A DNA stretch of 64,000 nt from an uncultured Solirubrobacterales bacterium (GTDB lineage: Bacteria; Actinomycetota; Thermoleophilia; Solirubrobacterales; 70-9): NCBI GenBank assembly GCA_963743285.1, contig CAVUPF010000006.1, positions 6,076 to 70,075 on the forward strand, in the 5' to 3' direction. Positions 54,925 through 62,856 of the stretch are shown here, piece after piece (the first letter of the stretch is position 1; the number at the start of each line of letters is the position of its first letter). The position numbers and the translations under genes were made by a program. The notes below the pieces were generated by a model. That model searched no databases and had not been told where the DNA came from. It saw only the letters and a program-made list of their open reading frames with translations.

Positions 54925-55167
54925 ATGACCCGGACCTTCTCCATCGGTGAGGCTAAGACCAACCTCTCCAAGCTCGTCGCCCTCGCCGAGCAGGGCGAGC
55001 GCGTGGAGCTGCGCCGTGGCAAGCAGCCGGTCGCCCAGTTGGTGGCGCTGCCGGCTTCCGGCGCCGTGCGCCGCAAGCCCGGGGCCCTGGCCGGGCAGAT
55101 TGAGATGGCCGAGGACTTCGACACCTGGCCCGAGGACGTCGCCCGCGACCTCGGAGTCATCGACTGA
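54925..55167 (+). CDS. vapB: Phd/YefM-type antitoxin
   Basis: MTRTFSIGEAKTNLSKLVALAEQGERVELRRGKQPVAQLVAL. Confidence 0.88.
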   Translation: MTRTFSIGEAKTNLSKLVALAEQGERVELRRGKQPVAQLVALPASGAVRRKPGALAGQIEMAEDFDTWPEDVARDLGVID

Positions 55168-55553
55168 AGCTCCTTGCTGACACTCACGCAGCATTGTGGT
55201 GGTTGGCCAACGACGCTCGTCTTTCTGAGCCGGCCCGCGAGGCGATTGCCGGTGCCGAGGAGCCGCTTTTCGGCGCCGGCACCCTCTTTGAGGTGTCGAT
55301 CAAAGCCTCGCTTGGCAAGCTTGAGGTCGCCGAGGGGTGGGCAGAGGAGCTCCTGGCGGAGGGCTTTTCCCTGCTGCCGATTTCTCTCGCACACGCCCGC
55401 GCCTATCGAGAGCTGCCCTATGTGAAGCTGGACGGCAAGGGGCTGTGCGACCCCTTCGACCGCCTGCTCGTCGCGCAGGCTGAGGTTGAGGGAGCCCCGA
55501 TCGTCACCCGCGACCCGGCGCTCGCCGCCCAAGGTGCCTCGACGATCTGGTGA
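55164..55553 (+). CDS. vapC: PIN-domain toxin (VapC family) with non-canonical CTG start
   Basis: The conserved N-terminus (L)KLLADTHAALWWL needs a start at 55164, where the codon is CTG (CTGA overlaps the antitoxin stop). The first TTG, at 55194, would delete the first catalytic Asp. C-terminus is DPFDRLLVAQAEVEGAPIVTRD. Confidence 0.8.
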   Translation: MKLLADTHAALWWLANDARLSEPAREAIAGAEEPLFGAGTLFEVSIKASLGKLEVAEGWAEELLAEGFSLLPISLAHARAYRELPYVKLDGKGLCDPFDRLLVAQAEVEGAPIVTRDPALAAQGASTIW

Positions 55554-55563
55554 GCCTCACTCA

Positions 55564-55679
55564 GCCGCCGGCAGCGTCCAAACGTACGGCAAGTCCTCGG
55601 GGCCAGTCCGCCACGAGTCCACGGCGCAGCCGACACTCCGAGGATTGCAAATTCGCAGACAATACGTTTCGACAGCGCG
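55564..55679 (+). repeat. E-repeat family, copy E1
   Basis: Aligns with 59181-59316 and 59980-60111. The 3' 35 nt (GATTGCAAATTCGCAGACAATACGTTTCGACAGCG) is ~86% identical to E2. Confidence 0.7.
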
Positions 55680-56874
55680 AGTTTGTCAGCTGTAGCAATC
55701 GATGCACGTGGGGTTTTCGGGCAGTCGCTCAGGTGCAGTTGAGCGGAAAGTCAGTGCCGCCGACGGAGAACCACCTCTGACCGCGTGACATAACGAAACC
55801 GTAGCGGTCGGCGATATGAAGATGCCAGCCATCGAAATGGTGCAGCTTCAGCACTGGTACGCCAGCGTGATGAATGGTCAGACCCTGACAGCGATAGAGA
55901 TGCGGGGCTCCGTTTTCTTCGTTGATAAAGCGTGCCAACGCAAGAACCGCCGTACACGCCGTACTGCGACTGACGCGATGGACGTCGTACGCCTCCTCGG
56001 TCGCGTAGGTAGAAGTGGTGTAACGAGCCCGAGGTAGGGCCGGGAAAAGTTCCGGCCACCGCGGGCCCCAGACTCGTCGGTTGACCAGCAAGTCAACGAC
56101 GAAAGGAACACCACGATGGCCGAGAGCCAGAGAATGACGACCGCCGAGGTCGTAGCAAAGACTCTGATCACCGAGCACGCCGACTTCCTCCGCGACGCCG
56201 TCGCGCTGGTCGCCCGCGAGCTGATGGAGGCCGAGATCTCGGGTGAGATCGGTGCCGGGCGTGGGGAGGTTTCAGCGGAGCGCTCGACCCACCGAAACGG
56301 CTACCGATCCCGCGGCTGGGAGACCAGGGTCGGGGAGATCGAGCTCCTGATCCCCAAAAAGCGCGAGGGCAGCGCCTACTTCCCCTCCTTCCTGGAGCCG
56401 CGCCGGCCCGCCGAGCAGGCCCTGCTGGCCGTTGTCATGGAGGCCTACGTCAACGGGGTCTCCACCCGCAAGGTCGACCGCCTCGTCTCTCAGCTCGGCA
56501 TCTCGGGGATGAGCAAGGACCGGGTCTCGGCGATCTGCCGGTCACTGGATGAGCGGGTGGTGGCCTTTCGCGAGCGTCCATTGGAAGGCGAGTACCCCTA
56601 CCTCTGGCTCGATGCCAAGCAGGTCAAGGTTCGATCCGATGGCCACGTGCGCTCCAAGGCCGTTGTGATCGCCTACGGGGTGCATGAGTCAGGGAGACGC
56701 GAGGTGATCGACCTCGACGTCGGCGAGATCGAGTCGGGCGCCTTTTGGGTCGAGTTCCTGCGCTCCCTGCGGGCCCGTGGCCTCAGCGGCGTCCGCCTCT
56801 GCGCCTCCGATGCCCACGAGGGACTGAAGGGGGCGATCGCGCGGGTGCTGGGCTGCCCCTGGCAGCGCTGCACC

Positions 56875-58476
56875 GGGTGGATTCAATTGGACCTCGCAAC
56901 ACCTGATCGAGGAGGTTGCGATGAGAACGCTGAAGGACAGGGCGTCAGGGCGGACGAGGAGGACGGCAACGGGCTGGGCGGGTCATCCAGGAGTGGGACG
57001 CCGCGAGCACCGTCGGCGGTTCTGGGCGGCCATCGCGAGGGGGCTCCCCAGCGATGCGGCCGGCGTCGAGGCCGGCGTGCCGTCCTCGGTTGGCAGCCGG
57101 TGGTTTCGGGAGGGTGGCGGCATGCCGACCGTCACGCAGGCCCTGCCCTCGGGTCGATACGTCTCGCTCGCCGAGCGCGAGGAGATTGCAATCCTGCGTG
57201 CCGGTGGTCACGGGGTGCGAGAGATTGCCCGCCGCCTGGGCCGCTCGCCGTCGACGATCTCCAGGGAGCTGCGTCGTAACGCCCCTGCCCGCGGCGGGTA
57301 CCGCGCCACCGTCGCGCAGTGGCATGCCGAGCGGCGCGCGCGGCGCCCGAAGACTGCGAAGCTCGCGATCAACGAGGAGCTGCGCCGCTACGTGCAGGAG
57401 CGGCTCGCCGGCCAGGTCCGCCGGCCCGACGGCGCGGCGGTGCCCGGCCCCGCGGTCAAGGCATGGAGAGGTCGCAACCGCCCGCGCCGTCAGGACCGCA
57501 GGTGGGCAAGCGCGTGGAGCCCCGAGCAGATATCGAATCGGCTCCGCCTGGACTTCCCCGATGATCAGTCGATGCGCATCTCCCACGAGGCGATCTACCA
57601 ATCGCTCTACATTCAGGGCCGGGGAGCGCTGCGACGCGAGCTGACCGCGTGCCTTCGGACCGGCAGGGCGCTCCGTGTCCCCAGGGCCCGCGCCCGTCGT
57701 CGCGGCAAAGGCTTCGTGAGCGAGGAGGTGATGATCAGCCGCCGGCCCGCGGAGGCCGCCGACCGGGCGGTCCCTGGCCACTGGGAGGGAGACCTGATCC
57801 TCGGCGTCGGCAGCTCGGCGATCGGCACGCTGGTCGAGCGGACCAGCCGCTTCGCGATGCTCCTGCACTTGCCGCCGACCGACGGGCCCCGGCAGAAGGA
57901 CGGTCCCGCCGCCTCCGGTCATGGGGCCGAGGCGGTGCGCGATGCGATCGCCACCGCGATCACCACCCTGCCGGAACAATTGCGGCGCTCGCTGACGTGG
58001 GATCAGGGGATCGAGATGGCCTACCACGCGCAGCTTCGGGTCGATACCGGCCTGCCGATCTACTTCTGCGACCCACACAGCCCCTGGCAGCGCGCTACCA
58101 ACGAGAACACCAACGGCCTCCTGCGCCAGTACTTCCCGAAAGGGACCGACCTCGCCCGTCATAGCGTCTCCGACCTTGCCGCCGTGGCCTCCGCCCTGAA
58201 TTCCCGCCCGAGGAAGACCCTCGGCTGGAGGACCCCCGCCGAAGTGCTCGACGAGCACCTCGCCGCCCGCTGAACCCGACACGAGGACGAAGACGATCTC
58301 ATTCCGATCCGGCAACCGCCGGTGCGGGCCGGCCACGTGTGGGTGTCGTCGCTACGGCCGCCCTCCGGGCGACCTCCACGACGACACCCACACGACGTTC
58401 TCTGGCCAGGCTTCCGACCTACCGCTACGGTTCGTTCACTAATAACCCGGTGTTGCAAGGACCGGTTGAGTTCGGG
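56875..58476 (+). mobile_element. IS30-family insertion sequence
   Basis: Imperfect IRs (GGATTCAATTGGACCTCGCAACACC versus the reverse complement GAACTCAACCGGTCCTTGCAACACC). A possible 2-bp TSD (CC) is weak evidence on its own. Confidence 0.8.
56921..58273 (+). CDS. IS30 family transposase
   Basis: HTH (VREIARRLGRSPSTISRELRRN) and DDE region (PGHWEGDLI..LTWDQGIEM..YFCDPHSPWQRATNENTNGLLRQYFPKGTDL). Confidence 0.92.
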   Translation: MRTLKDRASGRTRRTATGWAGHPGVGRREHRRRFWAAIARGLPSDAAGVEAGVPSSVGSRWFREGGGMPTVTQALPSGRYVSLAEREEIAILRAGGHGVREIARRLGRSPSTISRELRRNAPARGGYRATVAQWHAERRARRPKTAKLAINEELRRYVQERLAGQVRRPDGAAVPGPAVKAWRGRNRPRRQDRRWASAWSPEQISNRLRLDFPDDQSMRISHEAIYQSLYIQGRGALRRELTACLRTGRALRVPRARARRRGKGFVSEEVMISRRPAEAADRAVPGHWEGDLILGVGSSAIGTLVERTSRFAMLLHLPPTDGPRQKDGPAASGHGAEAVRDAIATAITTLPEQLRRSLTWDQGIEMAYHAQLRVDTGLPIYFCDPHSPWQRATNENTNGLLRQYFPKGTDLARHSVSDLAAVASALNSRPRKTLGWRTPAEVLDEHLAAR

Positions 58477-59180
58477 CCGTTCATTTCGTCAGGGACATGC
58501 ACCAACACTGCCGCCCGGCCCAGCGCGGCATGGTCTCCGCGGCGCTGCGCGAGGTCTTTGTCGCCGAGGGCCATGAGCAGGCCCGCGAGCGCGCCGGCGC
58601 GGTGATCGAGCGCTTGGCTCCCAGCGTGCCCAAGGTCGCCGAGCTGCTCGAGGACGCCGAGGAGGACCTGTTGGCCTTCTACCGCTTCCCCGCAGCCCAC
58701 TGGTCAAAGCTGCGGAGCACCAACCCCCTGGAGCGGGTCAACCGCGAGGTCGGCAGACGCTCCGACGTGGTCGGGATCTTCCCCGACGATGACTCGGTGA
58801 TCCGCCTGGTAGGAGCGCTTTTGATCGAGCAGAACGACGAGTGGCTGGTTACCCGCCGCTACCTCTCAGAGGAGTCGCTCGCCCTGGTCCTTAAGGACCA
58901 GGGCGAGGAGGGAAGGGAGGTGGTCGGAGAACTACAAGCCGCGAGAAGGGACTGACGAGCGGGTTACACCACTACCGCCGACTTGACTGCCTCCTCGCCC
59001 GTTGTCGGTGGATGCTGGCATTCGTAAGACCTTTCCTTGGCCATCGCCGACTCGCTGGTGGCGAGTGTGAAGGCTGGAATCATCAGCAGTACGACAAGCA
59101 GTAGCGCGCCAGCTTTTCCGCTCCGTACCTTGATCACCGCCATCGCGAGCAGAATATCGAGCACCGCTCGAGCCTGTCAA

Positions 59181-59316
59181 CGCGATCCGCGGCGCCCCGC
59201 CGGCATGCTCAGCAATACGATGGTAGTCGCCCTCAAGATCGCCGCTCGGCTTTATGCGAGGCAGTCTGTCCACGCTCGATGATTGCAAACCCACAGACAA
59301 TTCATTTCGACAGCGG
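59181..59316 (+). repeat. E-repeat family, copy E2
   Basis: About 70% identical to E3 over ~135 nt. On the minus strand it reads as frame-broken pieces (AVEMNCLWVCNHR* and VDRLPRIKPSGDLEGDYHRIAEHAGGAPRIA). Confidence 0.7.
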
Positions 59317-59337
59317 ATTCCGCCTTGAGACGGCTTC

Positions 59338-59649
59338 TCAGGGGACGGCGATGATCGCGTGGGAGCCGACGCGGCGCCACCGTATGCCGGTCTCGCCTTC
59401 GATCTCGACCCACTCCCAGGTGGCGCGCCCGTCGGGATCGGTGAAGCTCCAGGTCATCTCCCAAACGCCCGGTGCGCCCTCGACATCCTTGACCCGCAGA
59501 GCGCCTGGCCAGCCGCTGCCTGGCTCTGTCACTCGACGCTCGAGGGCCGGGACGAAGTGTTCTTGGATGACGCGCTTGAACTCCTCCCGTTCGGATTTGT
59601 CCAGGCGCCGATAGTCGCGCTTGAAGCTCTCGGTGCGCTCGTACTTCAC
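59338..59649 (-). CDS. RelE/ParE-superfamily toxin
   Basis: SFKRDYRRLDKSEREEFKRVI, LRVKDVEGAPGVWEMTWS and DGRATWEW. 4-nt overlap with the upstream antitoxin gene. Confidence 0.7.
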   Translation of the reverse strand: MKYERTESFKRDYRRLDKSEREEFKRVIQEHFVPALERRVTEPGSGWPGALRVKDVEGAPGVWEMTWSFTDPDGRATWEWVEIEGETGIRWRRVGSHAIIAVP

Positions 59650-59936
59650 TCGCTATCGAGATCGGCGAGGAACTCCTCGGCGCGATTGAATCCCGCCACC
59701 CGCCCGGCGGCAACGTCGGCGTCTGCCTCGCGCTCCATCGCCTGCCAACGCTCGGTCCAGAACCACTGCTGGTCGGCGGGCACCGCGACGTGAGGGCGCA
59801 GCTCGATTACCCCATCGGGGCGCTCGGAAACCTCGACCTGAGCCCCCGGCTCATCGAGACGGTGGCGCCGACGCAGCTCGGAGGGAAGGCTGATCACCCC
59901 CCGCTTCTGGACGGCGACGTAAATGTGTTCAGCCAT
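59646..59936 (-). CDS. AbrB/MazE/SpoVT-type antitoxin
   Basis: MAEHIYVAVQKRGVISLPSELRRRHRLDEPGAQVEVSERPDGVIELRP. Confidence 0.85.
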   Translation of the reverse strand: MAEHIYVAVQKRGVISLPSELRRRHRLDEPGAQVEVSERPDGVIELRPHVAVPADQQWFWTERWQAMEREADADVAAGRVAGFNRAEEFLADLDSE

Positions 59937-59943
59937 GCGTTGC

Positions 59944-59972
59944 AGTTTAGCGGTAATGCGGCAATGCCGCAA
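59944..59972 (-). promoter_or_regulatory. sigma-70-like promoter with operator palindrome, leaderless antitoxin mRNA
   Basis: On the minus strand: TTGCGG-17 nt-TAAACT, with the ATG 7 nt downstream. The spacer contains the 13-bp palindrome GCGGCATTGCCGC. Confidence 0.55.
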
Positions 59973-60264
59973 GCTCGGACGCGATCCGCAGCGCCCCGCC
60001 GGCGTGCTCCAGCAGGACAACGAACTCGTCCTCGGGGTCACCGCTGAGAGTTACGCGAGACAGCCCATCCATGTCTGGAAGATTGCAGTCAGACATTCCT
60101 TTAACACACGCTGCCTTGTCGCCGGACGGACCGCCTCGCATCGCCGAGACCCTCAACGGCTCGACTTTCTGCGACCCGGGGGTGGGACGAGTCGCCCCCG
60201 GCTGCGTCTTGTCGGTGATGGCCAAGAAAAATGCCCACCACAGGACGAGCCGAGAGCTGCGCAT
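59947..60264 (-). CDS. small secreted hypothetical protein (105 aa)
   Basis: GC3 in this frame is ~85% versus ~56% for the overlapping plus frame. Signal-like N-terminus MRSSRLVLWWAFFLAI. Its 3' half is repeat E3. Its TAA stop lies inside the -10 of the downstream TA promoter. Confidence 0.5.
   Translation of the reverse strand: MRSSRLVLWWAFFLAITDKTQPGATRPTPGSQKVEPLRVSAMRGGPSGDKAACVKGMSDCNLPDMDGLSRVTLSGDPEDEFVVLLEHAGGALRIASELAALPHYR
59980..60111 (+). repeat. E-repeat family, copy E3 (inside an intact ORF)
   Basis: CGCGATCCGCAGCGCCCCGCCGGC...GATTGCAGTCAGACATTCCTTTAACACACGC aligns with E1 and E2. Confidence 0.7.
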
Positions 60265-60318
60265 CGCGCCGATGTCGCCCGGCTGCTTTCTGCCGCCGCG
60301 CTAGCCCAGCTCGAGGCC

Positions 60319-61137
60319 GTGGTCGACGACCCCGACAACGTTTGCCATGCCTGCGACGAGTTGATCTCGAGCGAGTGGGTCGAGGTGATCCTCCTCGCCG
60401 GGAAGCCGCTGATGATCGCCAGGCTCGCCCACCCGGGCTGCCTGCGGTCCTGTGTCTATCCGGGTCCAGGACCCCAGCGCCAGCTTGAATGGGCGTCCGA
60501 CGCTTGCGCTCGCGGTGGTTTTGAGATGGCGACCGTCCTCGCCCTGCGACCGAACAGGCCCCACGCCCTGCTCTTCCTCGAGCCGGCGACGCTGATCGCA
60601 GGGCTCGGACAAGACCCGTTGGAGATCTGGGCACTGGGCCTCGGGCTCTCCCCGGTCTCTGGTGAGATCGAGCAGCTCGCGCCACCGCCAACCGACGCCT
60701 TCACGATCGCCCGCCGCCCCGCCGGCCTCGCCCTCCACCACTCCTGCGGCACCGACACGGTTTGCGCCGAGCCCGCCGAAGTGGACGATTGGTGGCGCGC
60801 CGCCGAAGGCAAAGCGCTGGTGGTCACGGCCCGCGGCCTCGGTCTGCGTCGAGCCGAGCGAGCGATTGAGGAGGCTGTGCGACTGCGGCCGCCTGGGCCG
60901 CGGTCGCCACGCTTGAGGACTTCGTCCCGCCACCGCGCCCGCACGGTGCGCTGCGCGGCCTCGCACGAAAGCTGCTCCAGCCTGCTCCGCGATGACAGCG
61001 ACCGAGCCCGCCCGGCAGGCCCGGAGGCCTGCCTGGGCAGGCTGGACGGGCCGACCGTCGGAGCCGTGCAGCGCCCTACAGATGCCAATCAGCTCAATCC
61101 CGTATCGGGCCGCCCGCTCGAATTCCAACGGCCTTAA
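60319..61137 (+). CDS. hypothetical protein (start and extent uncertain)
   Basis: GC3 is ~85% for 60300-60850 (NVCHACDELISSEWVEVILLAGKPLMIARLAHPGC...). The Arg-rich tail after ~60900 is less convincing. Possible starts are CTG 60283 or GTG 60319. Confidence 0.45.
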   Translation: MVDDPDNVCHACDELISSEWVEVILLAGKPLMIARLAHPGCLRSCVYPGPGPQRQLEWASDACARGGFEMATVLALRPNRPHALLFLEPATLIAGLGQDPLEIWALGLGLSPVSGEIEQLAPPPTDAFTIARRPAGLALHHSCGTDTVCAEPAEVDDWWRAAEGKALVVTARGLGLRRAERAIEEAVRLRPPGPRSPRLRTSSRHRARTVRCAASHESCSSLLRDDSDRARPAGPEACLGRLDGPTVGAVQRPTDANQLNPVSGRPLEFQRP

Positions 61138-61338
61138 GTCCGGAGTCGACGAACGCTTTCAGCGCGTGTCGCGCCGGCCGCGGCGACCCCAACACCAAGA
61201 CCGCGGCGCTGAAGCTGAAAGCGAAGAAGTAGCCACCAATCACCTCAATCCATCACATATCAGCACGGTGATCTTGCCTTCGATCACCGGCGGGGAGCGG
61301 CTTTGTCGACTCCCTGAGACGCTAGCATCTCGATCTAG

Positions 61339-62856
61339 ATGAGCTACCACGTACCCGCCAAGCACTACCTCCTCGCGACCTGTCTGCTTGTCGCTGCGCT
61401 TCTCCTCCTCGTGACATCTCCGTCCGCCCGCGCTGCCGACAGCATCTATTGGGCCAACGAAAACAGCCCGATCTCCCACGCCAACCTCGACGGCTCAGGC
61501 GGGGCTGACCTCGCCATCCCCGGCCCGACGACAGAAGAGCTGGAGGGGATCGCGATCGACCCCGCCGCCGGCAAGATCTACTGGACCAACTGGAACAAAG
61601 GCATCATCGCCTCGGCAAGCCTCGCCGGTGGCGCCGCCACGGAACTCAAAACCGCTGGCGCCACGGTGAACTTTCCAGAGGGGGTGGCGATCGACCCTGC
61701 CGCCAACAAGATCTACTGGGCCAACAACGACGGGGGCACCGGCGGACAAGGAGCGATCTCCTACGCCAACCTCGACGGCAGTGGCGGCGCTGGCGATCTC
61801 AACACGACCGGCGCCACGCTGGAACATCCCTGGGCGCTCGCCATAGACCCGACTAGCGGGAGGATCTACTGGTCCAACGAGGTGACTGACGGGTCGATCT
61901 CCTATGCCAACCTCGACGGTAGCGGCGGTGGCGATCTCAACACGTCAGGTGCTACGAAGGAAGACCCCGAGGGGATCGCGATCGATCCCGCCACCGGGAA
62001 GATCTACTGGGCAAACGAGGCAGCCAAAACGATCGCGTACGCCAACCTCGACGGCAGCGGCGGAGGCGGCGAACTTAACACGACCGGCGCCACGATGGAC
62101 GATCCCAACGGCATTGCGATTGACCCTGCCGCGGGGAAGATCTACTGGTCCAACTACGAAGGGGGCCCGGGCAAAGAAGGGGTGATCTCCTCCGCCAACG
62201 TCAACGGCAGCGGCGGTGCCAAAGACCTCAGCACCGCAGGCGCGACCAACCACGAACCCGCACTCCTCGCCCTCCTCAAAGTCCCCTCGGCGACGGCCGC
62301 GCCGCTCCTGAGCGGAAGCTCGCAACTTGGAGCGACTCTCTCCTGTTCGCAGGGCGGCTGGGCGAGCGACGCTTTCAGCTCGCTCCTTTACCAGGCCCCA
62401 CAGAGCTTCGCCTACCAGTGGTTAAGCGACGGTCAGCCGATCGCGGGAGCAACGGCCGCCTCTTTCATCGCGAGCCAGCCCGGCAGCTATACCTGCCAGG
62501 TCACCGCCACCAACGCCGCCGGCTCGGCCTCCCAGACCAGCGCTGCTTTCGTTATCTCGACGCTCAAGCTGACCAAGGTCAAGCTGAACAAGCGCAAGGG
62601 CACAGCCACCATCTTCGCCCAGGTTTCGGGCCCCGGGACCTTGACCCTGACCGGCAAGGACATCGTCAAGCAGGCCGGTTCCTCTCAAGGGGCCGGAACC
62701 GTCAAGCTCGCCGTCAAGGCCAAGGGCAAGGCGAAGAAGCTCCTCGCCAAGAAGGGCAAGGCCAAGCTGAAGGCAGAGATCACCTTCATGCCTCAAGGCG
62801 GAACGGCCCTCAGCGCGACGAAATCGGTCACGCTGAAGCAGCATCTGCGGAAGTAG
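61339..62856 (+). CDS. secreted six-bladed YWTD-type beta-propeller protein with Ig-like domain and Lys-rich tail
   Basis: Signal peptide present. Six ~45-50-aa repeats each end in AIDP..GKIYW(A/T/S)N, and four contain ISYANLDGSGG..LNT(T/S)GAT. The tail is KAKGKAKKLLAKKGKAKLK. Confidence 0.88.
   Translation: MSYHVPAKHYLLATCLLVAALLLLVTSPSARAADSIYWANENSPISHANLDGSGGADLAIPGPTTEELEGIAIDPAAGKIYWTNWNKGIIASASLAGGAATELKTAGATVNFPEGVAIDPAANKIYWANNDGGTGGQGAISYANLDGSGGAGDLNTTGATLEHPWALAIDPTSGRIYWSNEVTDGSISYANLDGSGGGDLNTSGATKEDPEGIAIDPATGKIYWANEAAKTIAYANLDGSGGGGELNTTGATMDDPNGIAIDPAAGKIYWSNYEGGPGKEGVISSANVNGSGGAKDLSTAGATNHEPALLALLKVPSATAAPLLSGSSQLGATLSCSQGGWASDAFSSLLYQAPQSFAYQWLSDGQPIAGATAASFIASQPGSYTCQVTATNAAGSASQTSAAFVISTLKLTKVKLNKRKGTATIFAQVSGPGTLTLTGKDIVKQAGSSQGAGTVKLAVKAKGKAKKLLAKKGKAKLKAEITFMPQGGTALSATKSVTLKQHLRK

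Larger units (their letters stand above)
56116..58955 (+). pseudogene. IS256 (mutator) family transposase split by the IS30 insertion
   Basis: Part 1 (56116-56874) ends at ..GCPWQRCT. Part 2 (58479-58955) resumes at VHFVRDM..NPLERVNREVGRR. The two join in frame after removal of 1604 bp. Confidence 0.9.
56000..58988 (+). mobile_element. IS256-family element (carrying a nested IS30 element)
   Basis: Flanked by the 9-bp direct repeat GCCTCCTCG (55991-55999 and 58989-58997). Imperfect terminal IRs share GGTAG..TGGTGTAAC. Confidence 0.85.
55729..59164 (-). pseudogene. small secreted Cys-containing protein gene interrupted by IS256
   Basis: The N-terminal part (59164-58989, signal/TM AGALLLVVLLMIPAFTLA) and the C-terminal part (55999-55729) join in frame when 56000-58997 is removed, giving a 145-aa product. 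GC is lower than the surroundings. Confidence 0.75.

Noticed and set aside
54139-60111. E-repeats interpreted as integron attC sites.
   Set aside because: There are no RYYYAAC / GTTRRRY core sites at the ends and no clear imperfect internal dyad. No IntI-type integrase or attI is visible, only generic tyrosine-recombinase fragments. The observation is kept as a finding but not called an integron.
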